Notes under the pieces: model-generated | Database searches by the model: none | Seen by the model: the letters and a program-made list of their open reading frames with translations, nothing else | What the model was told of the DNA's origin: nothing | Shown here: one piece after another, positions 1-8,439 of the stretch | Layout: each line of letters opens with the position of its first letter | How positions within the stretch are numbered: position 1 is the first letter of the stretch | Translations under genes and position numbers: made by a program | DNA from: Altericista sp. CCNU0014 | GTDB taxonomy: Bacteria > Cyanobacteriota > Cyanobacteriia > Thermosynechococcales > Thermosynechococcaceae | Assembly: GCF_044923475.1 (NCBI RefSeq) | Contig: NZ_CP137338.1 | Location: 4,151,404 to 4,175,403, forward strand | Direction: 5' to 3' | DNA length: 24,000 nt

Positions 1-1
1 T

Positions 2-178
2 TTGGACGAGCGTATTTTAAATGGGCTTCGAGAAACCTACAACGCTCTGGGTGTCCCCATTGGCGGAACGATTCGGGCAATCCAGGCCATGAAGGAGGTT
101 ACAGCCGAGCTGGTGGGTGCTGAAGCTGGAAAGGAAATGGGTGTCTGCTTTGACTATATGTGCGCTGGTCTGAGCTAA
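2..178 (+). CDS. apcB2: Allophycocyanin beta-subunit paralog, 3' end only (58 codons plus TAA); the 5' part is off-window
   Basis: The frame from nt 2 reads [58 protein letters not shown], which is collinear with the canonical ApcB C-terminus. The '2' paralog number comes from its position inside the FaRLiP cluster. Confidence 0.8.
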   Translation: MDERILNGLRETYNALGVPIGGTIRAIQAMKEVTAELVGAEAGKEMGVCFDYMCAGLS

Positions 179-276
179 GCCCTTAGTCGAGGGGCATTGG
201 TATGAAGCTAGATGCAAGCCCTAGCTAATACAAGTGCCCCATGACTCGCCGTTTTTAGTCCCATAACCTATCTAAA

Positions 277-759
277 ATGATGAGCATTATCACGCAGTCC
301 ATTGCGATCGCCGACCGTGAAGCCCGCTATCTCAATCCGGGGGAACTCAGCGCCATCCGCGACTTTTTAGAAGCAGGCCAGCATCGCATCGGCATCGCCG
401 CCACCCTGATGGCGAATGAAGAAAGCATCGTGTACAAAGGCACCCAAAAATTCTGGGAGCGCTGCCCTGTAACGCCCAGCAACAGCGGTAATCCTGTGTT
501 TCAGTCTTCCTGTATGCGCGATCAAAGCTGGTATTTGCGGCTCGTGACCTACGCGGTGATTGCCGATGATGTAGAGCCAATTGAAACGGTGGGACTTAAA
601 GGAGCCAAAGAAATGTATGTCTCTTTGGGCGTTCCCCTCAATAACATCGTGGAATGTATGAAATGCCTAAAGGACGTAGCCCTAGACCGACTGCCTTTAG
701 AAGATGCGGGGGAAGTTGCCCCCTATTTTGATTATCTGATTCAGGGACTAAAACCCTAG
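277..759 (+). CDS. apcD2: Far-red allophycocyanin alpha-type (ApcD-family) subunit, 160 aa
   Basis: Globin-fold phycobiliprotein alpha signature: RYLNPGELSAIRDF, chromophore Cys in SSCMRDQSWYLRLVTYA, C-terminal PYFDYLIQGL. The paralog number is tentative and rests only on remembered synteny (apcB2-apcD2-apcE2-apcD3). Confidence 0.8.
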   Translation: MMSIITQSIAIADREARYLNPGELSAIRDFLEAGQHRIGIAATLMANEESIVYKGTQKFWERCPVTPSNSGNPVFQSSCMRDQSWYLRLVTYAVIADDVEPIETVGLKGAKEMYVSLGVPLNNIVECMKCLKDVALDRLPLEDAGEVAPYFDYLIQGLKP

Positions 760-827
760 GCCAGCAGCCTCTTCTTGCTGCCGAGTCGACCGTCCCCATT
801 CATCCTCAAGGGAGCGAGTGAAGTTCT

Positions 828-3206
828 ATGAATTCTCACCCAAAATGTCATGCTAATGGCGGTAGCCCTGTGGTTCATCCGCAGCAATATAGCACAGTCC
901 CCAAAGCAATTATTTCTCAGGCAGAGCAGCAAGACCGCAGCCTCCAAAAGAGCGAGTTGACTGCCTTAGCCAACTACTTTCGTTCGGGCTCAAAGCTAAT
1001 CCAGATTGCGGCAACGCTAACCCAGCACTCGGAGGCGATTGTGGAAGCGGCAGCCCATCGGATCTTTTACGGCGGAGTGCCGATGGCCTACCTGGAACCT
1101 CCCGCCAATCGCAAAGATCTGCCGGGGTATTCCAAGCCCCTCCGACAAAGGTCAGTGACGTCTCAGGAAGCGCTCAAGGTTCAGGCTCCAAAGTTTGGCA
1201 ACTCCCTAGGCAACTTCCTTGCATTTTGGAAGACGCAGTTCAGCGCCAATCGGGAACCCATACCGGAGGGATTCCGCACGATCGATATTGGACGTTACGG
1301 CCCCACTCGCATGAAACGCTCGATGCGTGACTTGAGCTGGTTTTTGCGCTACGTCACCTATGCGATCGTTGCTGGGGATTCTAGCATCTTAGTCGCGAAC
1401 GCCCAGGGATTGCGGGGGGTTATTCCAGAAGATGTCACTGAGGCAACGGTGGTGGCGATTAAGGAAATGCGTTGGAGATCGCTAGGTTACTTCAAGACCG
1501 ACCCAGAGGCTACGGCTATCATTCAGCAACACTTTGACGACCTGGTTGCAGCCTATATCGTCGAGAAACCGCCGACCCTTTTGCGGCAGGGGTTTTCTAA
1601 CGACCAACAAGGGCTGCAACTGCCTGAAAGCTATGCACTCTCGTCCGCCTCCCAGTCCAAATTTGTAATGAAGTCAGGGCAAGCGGTTACGGAGCAAAAT
1701 CGCGTAATTCAGGCGGCCTATCGGCAGGTCTTTGAGCGCGATATTACCCGCGAGTACGGCATATCCCTAACAGATTTGGAGTCTAAGCTCAAGGGCGGTG
1801 AAATTTCAATGAAGGAGTTTATCCGTCGTGTCGGAAAATCGCGACTGTATCGCAAGGAGTTTTACGAACCCTTTACGATTAGCCGCGTCATTGAGCTGGC
1901 AATTCGGCACTTTCTAGGGCGGGGATTGAGATCGCCAGAAGAGTTTCAGCAATATTTTGAGCTGATGGCTCAGACAGGACTGCCAGCCTTGGTAGACACG
2001 CTGGTAGACTCCCAAGAGTATGCCGATTACTTTGGCGAAGAAACAGTACCCTACCTGCGCGGGTTGGGTCAAGAAGCTCAAGAGTGCCGTAATTGGGGTC
2101 CGCAGGCAGCGTTGTTTAAGTACAGTACCCTAGCCCGTAAAGTGCCTCAGTTTATTACGCTCTTTGGCGACTATCGGAAACCGTTGCCAAACCAGCATCC
2201 CTACGGATTGGGCAACGATCCGCTTGAAATCCAGTTTGGGGCAATCTTTCCCCATCAAGATCGTAACTTTGAGGAGCATCCGGCCTTATTTGACCCAGAC
2301 AGTCGCCGTATTTTGATTGGCTGTAACGTGTCTAGTCGCTCACCTCATGAGACGACTTTGGGACAAGTGCCAGGGTCTACCCAACGGGTGCTCAAGCTGA
2401 ATTGGCCTATCCGCCTCCATGGTCGTGGCAATGGTAAAAGCGTCGCGCAAGGTGCCAGCATTAATCTGAACAATCAGTCTACCTCGGCGTTTATTGATGC
2501 AGCCTATCGCCAGATCTTTGGACGAGATATTCTCGTCAGCCAACGGGTACCTGCGACGGAACTGAAGCTGAAAAGCGGCGAAATCCCAGTGCGCGAATTT
2601 GTCCGCCAAGTGGCAAAATCTCGTCTGTTCCGCCATCTGTATTGGGATGCGCTGTACGTTACTAAGGCTATCGAATATATCCATCGACGGCTTCTGGGAC
2701 GGCCCACCTACGGACGACAGGAAACGCGACGCTACTACGATATCTGCGCCAGGAAAGGGTTTTATGCGCTCATTGACGCTATTCTGGACAGCCCGGAATA
2801 TCTGAATGCTTTTGGAGAAGATACGGTTCCCTACGAGCGTTACGTCACGCCGAGAGGGTATGAAATGCGATCGCACCATCGGGAGAGCAGCAGTAACAAT
2901 AGCTCAGTTGGCCAACCTCGCGTTGCGGATGGGACTTGGGTTAAAGCGGCGCTTCAGAGAGCGGGGCATCTCAGGCAAGATGGGATTCTAGCATTGCTTC
3001 CAGGTGCGGAGCCAGCAATGCTTTTACCTGCTCGGGAACCTAATGCTTTGCCGGAGTCTGAGGGCGAACATTTGGTAACAGCTACATCAGCTTCTACACC
3101 AGCTTCGGTTGCCGAAGACCCTGCAACTTTGTCAACGGCTTCAGCGCAACCTTCTGCTGCAATTCAGTCTGATTCCTATGGTTCCTATGGATCGGTGGCA
3201 CTATGA
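828..3206 (+). CDS. apcE2: Far-red phycobilisome core-membrane linker ApcE2: phycobiliprotein-like domain plus two REP linker domains, 792 aa
   Basis: N-terminal ISQAEQQDRSL...MRDLSWFLRYVTYAIVAGD matches the ApcE PB domain with its loop insertion. Two linker repeats are present (AAYRQVFERDI...EETVPYLR and AAYRQIFGRDI...EDTVPYERY), versus 3-4 in conventional ApcE. The PB domain has Val (nt 1434-1436) in PEDVTEA where canonical ApcE has ENACSGEA. The start codon is uncertain. Confidence 0.9.
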   Translation: MNSHPKCHANGGSPVVHPQQYSTVPKAIISQAEQQDRSLQKSELTALANYFRSGSKLIQIAATLTQHSEAIVEAAAHRIFYGGVPMAYLEPPANRKDLPGYSKPLRQRSVTSQEALKVQAPKFGNSLGNFLAFWKTQFSANREPIPEGFRTIDIGRYGPTRMKRSMRDLSWFLRYVTYAIVAGDSSILVANAQGLRGVIPEDVTEATVVAIKEMRWRSLGYFKTDPEATAIIQQHFDDLVAAYIVEKPPTLLRQGFSNDQQGLQLPESYALSSASQSKFVMKSGQAVTEQNRVIQAAYRQVFERDITREYGISLTDLESKLKGGEISMKEFIRRVGKSRLYRKEFYEPFTISRVIELAIRHFLGRGLRSPEEFQQYFELMAQTGLPALVDTLVDSQEYADYFGEETVPYLRGLGQEAQECRNWGPQAALFKYSTLARKVPQFITLFGDYRKPLPNQHPYGLGNDPLEIQFGAIFPHQDRNFEEHPALFDPDSRRILIGCNVSSRSPHETTLGQVPGSTQRVLKLNWPIRLHGRGNGKSVAQGASINLNNQSTSAFIDAAYRQIFGRDILVSQRVPATELKLKSGEIPVREFVRQVAKSRLFRHLYWDALYVTKAIEYIHRRLLGRPTYGRQETRRYYDICARKGFYALIDAILDSPEYLNAFGEDTVPYERYVTPRGYEMRSHHRESSSNNSSVGQPRVADGTWVKAALQRAGHLRQDGILALLPGAEPAMLLPAREPNALPESEGEHLVTATSASTPASVAEDPATLSTASAQPSAAIQSDSYGSYGSVAL

Positions 3207-3427
3207 CACAACTCAATCAATCGACTCAATTTGAGGTTACTCAATATGAATCGACTCAATTTTTAACTCGCCCGCTCCCCCAGACCTCACGCGCACTCAA
3301 TCTTGAACCTGTAACGCGGAGTAACCTATGGCAACGGCTCTTTCGCTATTTCCCTAGACCCCAGCGCAGACTCTATCTGGGCTGGTTTGGAGGGATACAA
3401 ATTTACTATAAAGGGAGGCGACCATGA
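3203..3427 (+). CDS. 74-codon micro-ORF resembling the N-terminal stromal tail of D1/ChlF; either a coupled small gene or a psbA-family relic
   Basis: ATGA overlap with the apcE2 stop (3203-3206) and ATGA overlap with the next apcD start (3424-3427). The C-terminal half NLWQRLFRYFPRPQRRLYLGWFGG is collinear with in-window Chl[25 protein letters not shown], with the same W-to-GWFG spacing. DNA at 3374-3390 versus 12174-12190 matches at 15 of 17 positions. Confidence 0.4.
   Translation: MTQLNQSTQFEVTQYESTQFLTRPLPQTSRALNLEPVTRSNLWQRLFRYFPRPQRRLYLGWFGGIQIYYKGRRP
3211..3301. repeat. Array of five ACTCAAT heptamers, including a 14-mer AATCGACTCAATTT repeated with a 30-bp period
   Basis: ACTCAAT occurs at 3211, 3224, 3239, 3254 and 3295. 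AATCGACTCAATTT occurs at 3219-3232 and 3249-3262. Confidence 0.7.
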
Positions 3428-3945
3428 GCTTAGTTCAGCAGGTGATTCAAACTGCTGCTGAGGAATTGCGCTACCCCACCCCAAGCGAGATTCGTACGAT
3501 CCAAAACTTCTGCGAAACCGGAGAACGACGGATCCGCATTGCGCAGATTTTGGCTAGCCACGAGCGGGAGCTGGTGGAGCGCGGCAGCTACCAGTTTTGG
3601 AAGCAGTGTCCCGTGACGCCTAGTAACAGCGGCAGTCTTCGTAAAACGGCTTCCTGTCAGCGCGATCAGGGGTGGTATATCCGGTTGGTGGCCTACTGTA
3701 TTTTGGCAGGAAATGAGAAGCCCATGGCCGATATTGGCACCATCGGCATGAAGGAAATGTACAAGTCTCTAGGTATTCCGCTGGCGAACTGGGTGGAGGC
3801 CGTTCGCTGTCTCAAGGCAGAGGCGATCGCCCTCCTCGGCGAAGAAGACGCAGTGGAAGTCACGCCCTACTTCGACCACATTATCCAAGCATTAGCCTAT
3901 CCCGGTGCCCCCTACTTCATGAACGAAGGCGTTCTGACGTACTAG
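3424..3945 (+). CDS. apcD3: Far-red allophycocyanin alpha-type (ApcD-family) subunit, 173 aa, with a short C-terminal extension
   Basis: RYPTPSEIRTIQNF, chromophore Cys in ASCQRDQGWYIRLVAYC, PYFDHIIQAL followed by an extra AYPGAPYFMNEGVLTY. AGGGAGG Shine-Dalgarno at 3412-3418. The paralog number is tentative (synteny memory only). Confidence 0.8.
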   Translation: MSLVQQVIQTAAEELRYPTPSEIRTIQNFCETGERRIRIAQILASHERELVERGSYQFWKQCPVTPSNSGSLRKTASCQRDQGWYIRLVAYCILAGNEKPMADIGTIGMKEMYKSLGIPLANWVEAVRCLKAEAIALLGEEDAVEVTPYFDHIIQALAYPGAPYFMNEGVLTY

Positions 3946-3996
3946 CAGCGTTCTGACGTAAAAACTCGCAACTCGTCCTAAAACAAGGAGGATTGA

Positions 3997-5058
3997 ATGA
4001 CTATTGCAATTGAGCGCCCCGAACCGGGGTGGGCAAGAGGGTTAAAGCTCTTTGACGATTGGCTAAAGCGCGATCGTTTTGTCTTTATTGGCTGGTCGGG
4101 GTTGCTGCTATTTCCCTGCTCCTTCTTGGCCCTAGGTGGCTGGTTTACGGGAACCACCTTTGTCAGTTCTTGGTACACCCACGGCCTTGCAAGTTCTTAT
4201 CTAGAAGGCTGCAACTTTCTAACGGTAGCGGTTTCTACCCCCTCGAACAGCATGGCACACTCCCTGCTGTTATTGTGGGGGCCAGAAGCCCAGGGCGACT
4301 TTACCCGTTGGTGCCAGTTGGGCGGATTGTGGACCTTTGTCGCCTTTCACGGTGTATTTGGCTTGATTGGCTTTTGTCTGCGCCAGCTAGAAATTGCTCG
4401 CCTTGTGGGGGTTCGACCTTACAATGCCTTAGCCTTTTCAGCACCGATCGCCACTTACATTGCCACCTTCTTAATTTATCCCCTCGGGCAATCGGGCTGG
4501 TTTTTTGGGCCGAGTTTTGGGGTTGCCGCTATCTTTCGCTTTATTTTGTTTGTCCAAGGCTTTCATAACTTTACCCTCAACCCCTTTCACATGATGGGCG
4601 TAGGCGGCGTACTGGGTGGAGCGCTCCTCTGCGCCATTCACGGTGCCACGGTTGAAAATACACTCTACGAGGATACGCGCGGCTTCAATACCTTCAGCGG
4701 TTTTACGTCCACTCAAGCCGAAGAAACTTACTCTTTTGTAACGGCAAACCGTTTCTGGTCGCAGATTTTTGGCATTGCATTTTCCAATAAGCGATGGCTG
4801 CACTTTTTTATGTTGTTTGTCCCCGTCTTTGGACTGTGGATGAGTGCGATCGGCATGGTTGGATTGGCCTTTAATTTACGTGCCTACGATTTTATTTCCC
4901 AGGAACTCCGTGCCGCAGAGGATCCAGAATTTGAAACGTTTTATACCAAAAACATTTTGCTGAACGAAGGTCTGAGGGCTTGGATGGCTCCGGCAGACCA
5001 GCCCCACGAACATTTTGTATTCCCTGAGGAGGTCTTGCCCCGTGGAAACGCCCTTTGA
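3997..5058 (+). CDS. psbD3: Photosystem II D2 protein, far-red paralog, 353 aa
   Basis: Near full-length collinearity with canonical D2 ([16 protein letters not shown]...[25 protein letters not shown]...[12 protein letters not shown]). AGGAGG at 3986-3991. Overlaps psbC as in all psbDC operons. Confidence 0.95.
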   Translation: MTIAIERPEPGWARGLKLFDDWLKRDRFVFIGWSGLLLFPCSFLALGGWFTGTTFVSSWYTHGLASSYLEGCNFLTVAVSTPSNSMAHSLLLLWGPEAQGDFTRWCQLGGLWTFVAFHGVFGLIGFCLRQLEIARLVGVRPYNALAFSAPIATYIATFLIYPLGQSGWFFGPSFGVAAIFRFILFVQGFHNFTLNPFHMMGVGGVLGGALLCAIHGATVENTLYEDTRGFNTFSGFTSTQAEETYSFVTANRFWSQIFGIAFSNKRWLHFFMLFVPVFGLWMSAIGMVGLAFNLRAYDFISQELRAAEDPEFETFYTKNILLNEGLRAWMAPADQPHEHFVFPEEVLPRGNAL

Positions 5059-6460
5059 TCCTGCCACTATTACAACGGTTAAAACAGCCAAAGGTATTAA
5101 GATTGTCACCCCTAGTGAAGGACGCGATCAGGCTTCCACTGGCTATGCTTGGTGGGCTGGTAATATGCGCCTTGCTAACATGTCTGGTCGGTTTCTGGGC
5201 GCGCACTTGGCCCATGCCGGACTGATGGCGTTTTGGGCTGGAGCCATGCTGCTGTTTGAGGTGTCTCACTTTACGCCCGATAGACCCATGTACGAGCAGG
5301 GCTTAATTTTAATGCCCCATGTTGCCACCTTAGGATTTGGTGTGGGGGCTGGGGGGCAGGTCATTGATATCTTTCCCTTCTTTGCAATTGGGGTCATTCA
5401 CCTCATCGGCTCGGGAGTATTGGGTATTGCGGGGACGTACCTTGCCATTCGCGGCCCCGCAAAGCTTCCCGGTTTTTTAGATTTTGACTATGGCGACAAG
5501 GACAAAATCACCCTAATTCTGGGATTCAACCTGATTTGGCTCGGCGTTTTTGCCCTGCTCTTTGTCTGTAAGGCCATGTTTTGGGGCGGGATCTACGACA
5601 CTTGGGCACCAGGGGGCGGCAACGTGCGCCTGATTACCCATCCCACCCTCAATCCGCTGACGATTTTTGGTTACTTGGTTCGAACGCCCTACGGTCAGCA
5701 GGGATGGATTATCGGCGTCAACAATATGGAAGATCTGGTGGGCGGTCATATCTGGGTGGGTGTCCTGCTGATTGCAGGTGGCATCTGGCATGTTGTCACC
5801 ACACCCTTTAAATGGACGCATAAGATTTTTACTTGGACAGGGGAAGCCTATTTAGCTCAGAGCTTAGGCAATATCTGCGGGCAAGCCTTTATTGCAACGG
5901 CGTTTATCTGGTTTAACACGACGGCCTATCCCAGCGAGTTTTATGGGCCAACTGCAGCGGAAGCTTCTCAGGCTCAGGCACTCACGTTTTTAGTGCGGGA
6001 TCAAAATCTTGGTGCAAACGTGGTTTCTGCGCAAGGGCCTACGGGCCTCGGGAAATATTTGATGCGATCGCCCAGCGGAGAAATCATCTTTGGTGGAGAA
6101 ACCATGCGCTTTTGGGATTTCCGAGGGCCTTGGCTAGAGCCGCTGCGCGGCCCTAACGGGTTAGACCTCGATAAAATTCGCCACGATGTCCAGCCCTGGC
6201 AAGTGCGACGCGCAGCGGAATACATGACCCATGCACCCCTCGGTGCCCTTAACTCAGTGGGCGGAGTGGCCACCGAAATTAACTCCGTCAACTTCATGGC
6301 AACCCGAACGTGGTTAGCAGGCTCTCACTTTATTCTGGCCTTCCTGTTTTTAGTGGGGCATCTCTGGCACGCCGGACGGGCCCGTGCGGAAGCAGCTGGA
6401 TTTGTGCGGGGCATTAATCGCGATCGCGAACCGGTCAAGGCCATGGCTCCCCTAGATTAG
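5042..6460 (+). CDS. psbC2: Photosystem II CP43, far-red paralog; GTG start preferred, alternative ATG at 5015
   Basis: [46 protein letters not shown] and onward matches CP43. GAGGAGG at 5026-5032 lies 9 nt before GTG 5042. A GTG start inside the psbD 3' end is the established arrangement for psbC. Confidence 0.9.
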   Translation: METPFDPATITTVKTAKGIKIVTPSEGRDQASTGYAWWAGNMRLANMSGRFLGAHLAHAGLMAFWAGAMLLFEVSHFTPDRPMYEQGLILMPHVATLGFGVGAGGQVIDIFPFFAIGVIHLIGSGVLGIAGTYLAIRGPAKLPGFLDFDYGDKDKITLILGFNLIWLGVFALLFVCKAMFWGGIYDTWAPGGGNVRLITHPTLNPLTIFGYLVRTPYGQQGWIIGVNNMEDLVGGHIWVGVLLIAGGIWHVVTTPFKWTHKIFTWTGEAYLAQSLGNICGQAFIATAFIWFNTTAYPSEFYGPTAAEASQAQALTFLVRDQNLGANVVSAQGPTGLGKYLMRSPSGEIIFGGETMRFWDFRGPWLEPLRGPNGLDLDKIRHDVQPWQVRRAAEYMTHAPLGALNSVGGVATEINSVNFMATRTWLAGSHFILAFLFLVGHLWHAGRARAEAAGFVRGINRDREPVKAMAPLD

Positions 6461-6488
6461 TCCCTAGATTGATACAGAGGTGTTCGGG

Positions 6489-6525
6489 ACGGAGGATGCT
6501 GCAATTCCCTTCAGGCATCCTTCGT
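6489..6525 (+). terminator. RNA stem-loop after psbC2 (11-bp stem with one G-U pair, 15-nt loop) followed by a short CTTTTCC tract; weak terminator or processing/stability element
   Basis: ACGGAGGATGC (6489-6499) pairs with GCATCCTTCGT (6515-6525). Confidence 0.35.
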
Positions 6526-6585
6526 CTTTTCCTAACTTACTTTCTCTTTCCATTGAAATTCTGTTCGTAAAAGGAGTAAAACCCA

Positions 6586-8160
6586 ATGGGACTCCCTTGG
6601 TACCGCGTCCATACAACGCTCATTAACGATCCAGGACGGTTGCTGGCGGTGCATTTGATGCACAATGCCCTCTGTGCCGGATTTGCTGGTTCCATGCTTT
6701 GGTTTGAACTATTTTCCTATGACCCTAGCGACCCGATCCTCAACCCAATGTGGCGACAGGGCTGCTTTTTGATGCCGTTTGTGGCGCGTCTCGGCGTAAC
6801 CCATTCTTGGCAGGGCTGGTCGATTACGGGCGAAAAGCTGGCAGATCCGGGGTTTTGGACCTTTGAAACGGTGGCGATCGCCCATATTATCTTTTCCGGC
6901 TTAGAGTTTCTAGCTGCCGTTTGGCATTGGAACTACTGGAATATTTCCACCTTCTTCGATCCGAAGACCAACAAACCCGCCCTCGATCTGCCCCGGATCT
7001 TTGGGATTCATTTGCTGCTGGCAGGACTGGCCTGCTTTGGATTTGGTGCATTCCACCTGACGGGGCTGTTTGGCCCAGGAATGTGGGTTTCCGACCCCTA
7101 CGGCTTGACGGGGCACGTCCAGGGTGTCGCCCCTGTCTGGGGGCCAGAGGGCTTTAATCCGCAAAATCCAGGAGGAGTAGTGGCCCATCATATTGCCGCA
7201 GGCATTGTTGGAATTGTGGGCGGACTGTTTCATATCTTCGTTCGTCCCCCAGAGCCACTGTACAGAGGGCTGCGCATGGGTAACATCGAAGGAGCCCTGG
7301 CCAGCGGGTTAGCCACCTTCTTTTTTGCGGCCTTTATTGCTACGGGTAGTATGTGGTACGGCACAGCTACCACGCCCATTGAGCTCTGGGGGCCCACACG
7401 CTATCAGTGGGATCAAAACTACTTCAACAATGAAATCAATCGGCGCGTCCAGGGAAGTTTAGCCGCAGGGAAGAGCCTTTCAGAAGCCTGGTCTGCGATT
7501 CCAGAAAAGCTGGCCTTTTACGACTATGTGGGCAATAGTCCCGCAAAGGGCGGACTATTCCGAGTAGGCCGCATGGTCGATGGGGACGGTGTGGGTCAAG
7601 CATGGCTCGGTCATCCTGTCTTTAAGGACAATCAGGGTCGAGAGTTGTTTGTGCGGCGGATGCCCAACTTCTTTGAAAACTTCCCTGTCGTGATGTCCGA
7701 TGAAGACAATATCGTTCGTGCAGATGTGCCGTTCTTCCGAGCCAAGGCCAAATATAGCGTCGAGCAGACGGGGGTAACGGTCAGCTTTTACGGCGGTCAG
7801 CTAGACGGTCAAACCTTCGACAATCCGCCTGTTGTCAAAAAGTACGCCCGTAAGGCCCAACTGGGCGAACCCTTTGAATTTAATACTACCATCCACAATT
7901 CCGATGGCATCTTCCGCACCAGTAATCGCGGCTGGTTTGCCTTTTTCCATGCCTGTCTTGCCATTCTTTGGTTCTTTGGACACCTCTGGCATGGAACCCG
8001 CGCCCTCTTCCAAGATGTCTTTGCTGGGATCGATCCAGATCTAGATGAGGAGCAAGTCGAGTGGGGCATTTACCAAAAACTGGGCGACAAAACCTCGCGC
8101 AAGAAGCCAGTGCTTCAACCCGCTTTGTCGGCGTTTCCATCTTCTCAAGAGGGTTCGTGA
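6586..8160 (+). CDS. psbB2: Photosystem II CP47, far-red paralog, 524 aa
   Basis: [26 protein letters not shown]...NPMWRQG...[13 protein letters not shown] is collinear with CP47. About 14 extra C-terminal residues relative to the remembered canonical length of about 507-510 aa. AAGGAG precedes the ATG. Confidence 0.95.
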   Translation: MGLPWYRVHTTLINDPGRLLAVHLMHNALCAGFAGSMLWFELFSYDPSDPILNPMWRQGCFLMPFVARLGVTHSWQGWSITGEKLADPGFWTFETVAIAHIIFSGLEFLAAVWHWNYWNISTFFDPKTNKPALDLPRIFGIHLLLAGLACFGFGAFHLTGLFGPGMWVSDPYGLTGHVQGVAPVWGPEGFNPQNPGGVVAHHIAAGIVGIVGGLFHIFVRPPEPLYRGLRMGNIEGALASGLATFFFAAFIATGSMWYGTATTPIELWGPTRYQWDQNYFNNEINRRVQGSLAAGKSLSEAWSAIPEKLAFYDYVGNSPAKGGLFRVGRMVDGDGVGQAWLGHPVFKDNQGRELFVRRMPNFFENFPVVMSDEDNIVRADVPFFRAKAKYSVEQTGVTVSFYGGQLDGQTFDNPPVVKKYARKAQLGEPFEFNTTIHNSDGIFRTSNRGWFAFFHACLAILWFFGHLWHGTRALFQDVFAGIDPDLDEEQVEWGIYQKLGDKTSRKKPVLQPALSAFPSSQEGS

Positions 8161-8187
8161 GATTTGTGGTAGCTAGGTTTTAGATTT

Positions 8188-8385
8188 AACCCTTCTCCCA
8201 ACTACGGTGTACACACAAGAATTGGTTATGTCGTTTCACACTCTAGATCCCCCTAAATCCCCCTTAAAAAGGGGGACTTTGAATCCAGTCCCCCCCTTTT
8301 TAAGGGGGGCTAGGGGGGATCGAATGCAGGGTTTCAAGGTTCTTCAGACTTGTGTGTACACCGTAGCCCAACGGGGAGAAGGGTT
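8188..8385. mobile_element. MITE-like nested-hairpin element (about 198 bp) in the psbB2-psbH2 spacer
   Basis: Terminal inverted repeats AACCCTTCTCCC..CTACGGTGTACACACAAG (8188-8219) and its complement (8349-8385), with 12 + 18 bp matching around a small indel. The inner G/C-run palindrome is GATCCCCCTAAATCCCCCTTAAAAAGGGGGA / TCCCCCCCTTTTTAAGGGGGGCTAGGGGGGATC. No clear target-site duplication. Confidence 0.7.
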
Positions 8386-8439
8386 GCGATCGAAGGAAGA
8401 AATTTATGCAAGAGATTGAATATTTCAATGGAGTAAGCG

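Noticed and set aside
1308-1340. Initially read Ser in KRSMRD of ApcE2 as loss of the chromophore Cys at the C81-equivalent position
   Set aside because: Conventional ApcE, as I recall it, also lacks Cys at this position (KSLRD) and attaches bilin through a different Cys (ENACSGE motif). The relevant substitution is the Val at 1434-1436 instead.
2340-2879. 179-aa minus-strand ORF, plus several 60-70 aa ORFs, inside apcE2
   Set aside because: They are antisense or off-frame to the strongly supported ApcE2 REP2 domain, a typical shadow in moderately GC-rich coding DNA.
4059-4568. 169-aa + strand ORF in an alternative frame of psbD3 (likewise 12377-12763 within chlF and 14704-15123 within psaA2)
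   Set aside because: They are off-frame to near-perfect D2, D1-family and PsaA homology. Their composition is rich in Arg, Cys, Trp and Leu, as expected from frame-shifted membrane-protein genes.
8207-8419. 70-aa + strand ORF (MYTQELVMSFHTLDPPKSPLKRGTLNPVPPFLRGARGD...)
   Set aside because: It lies entirely inside the inverted-repeat MITE-like element. The peptide is a by-product of the G/C-run palindrome, and there is no ribosome-binding site or coding context.
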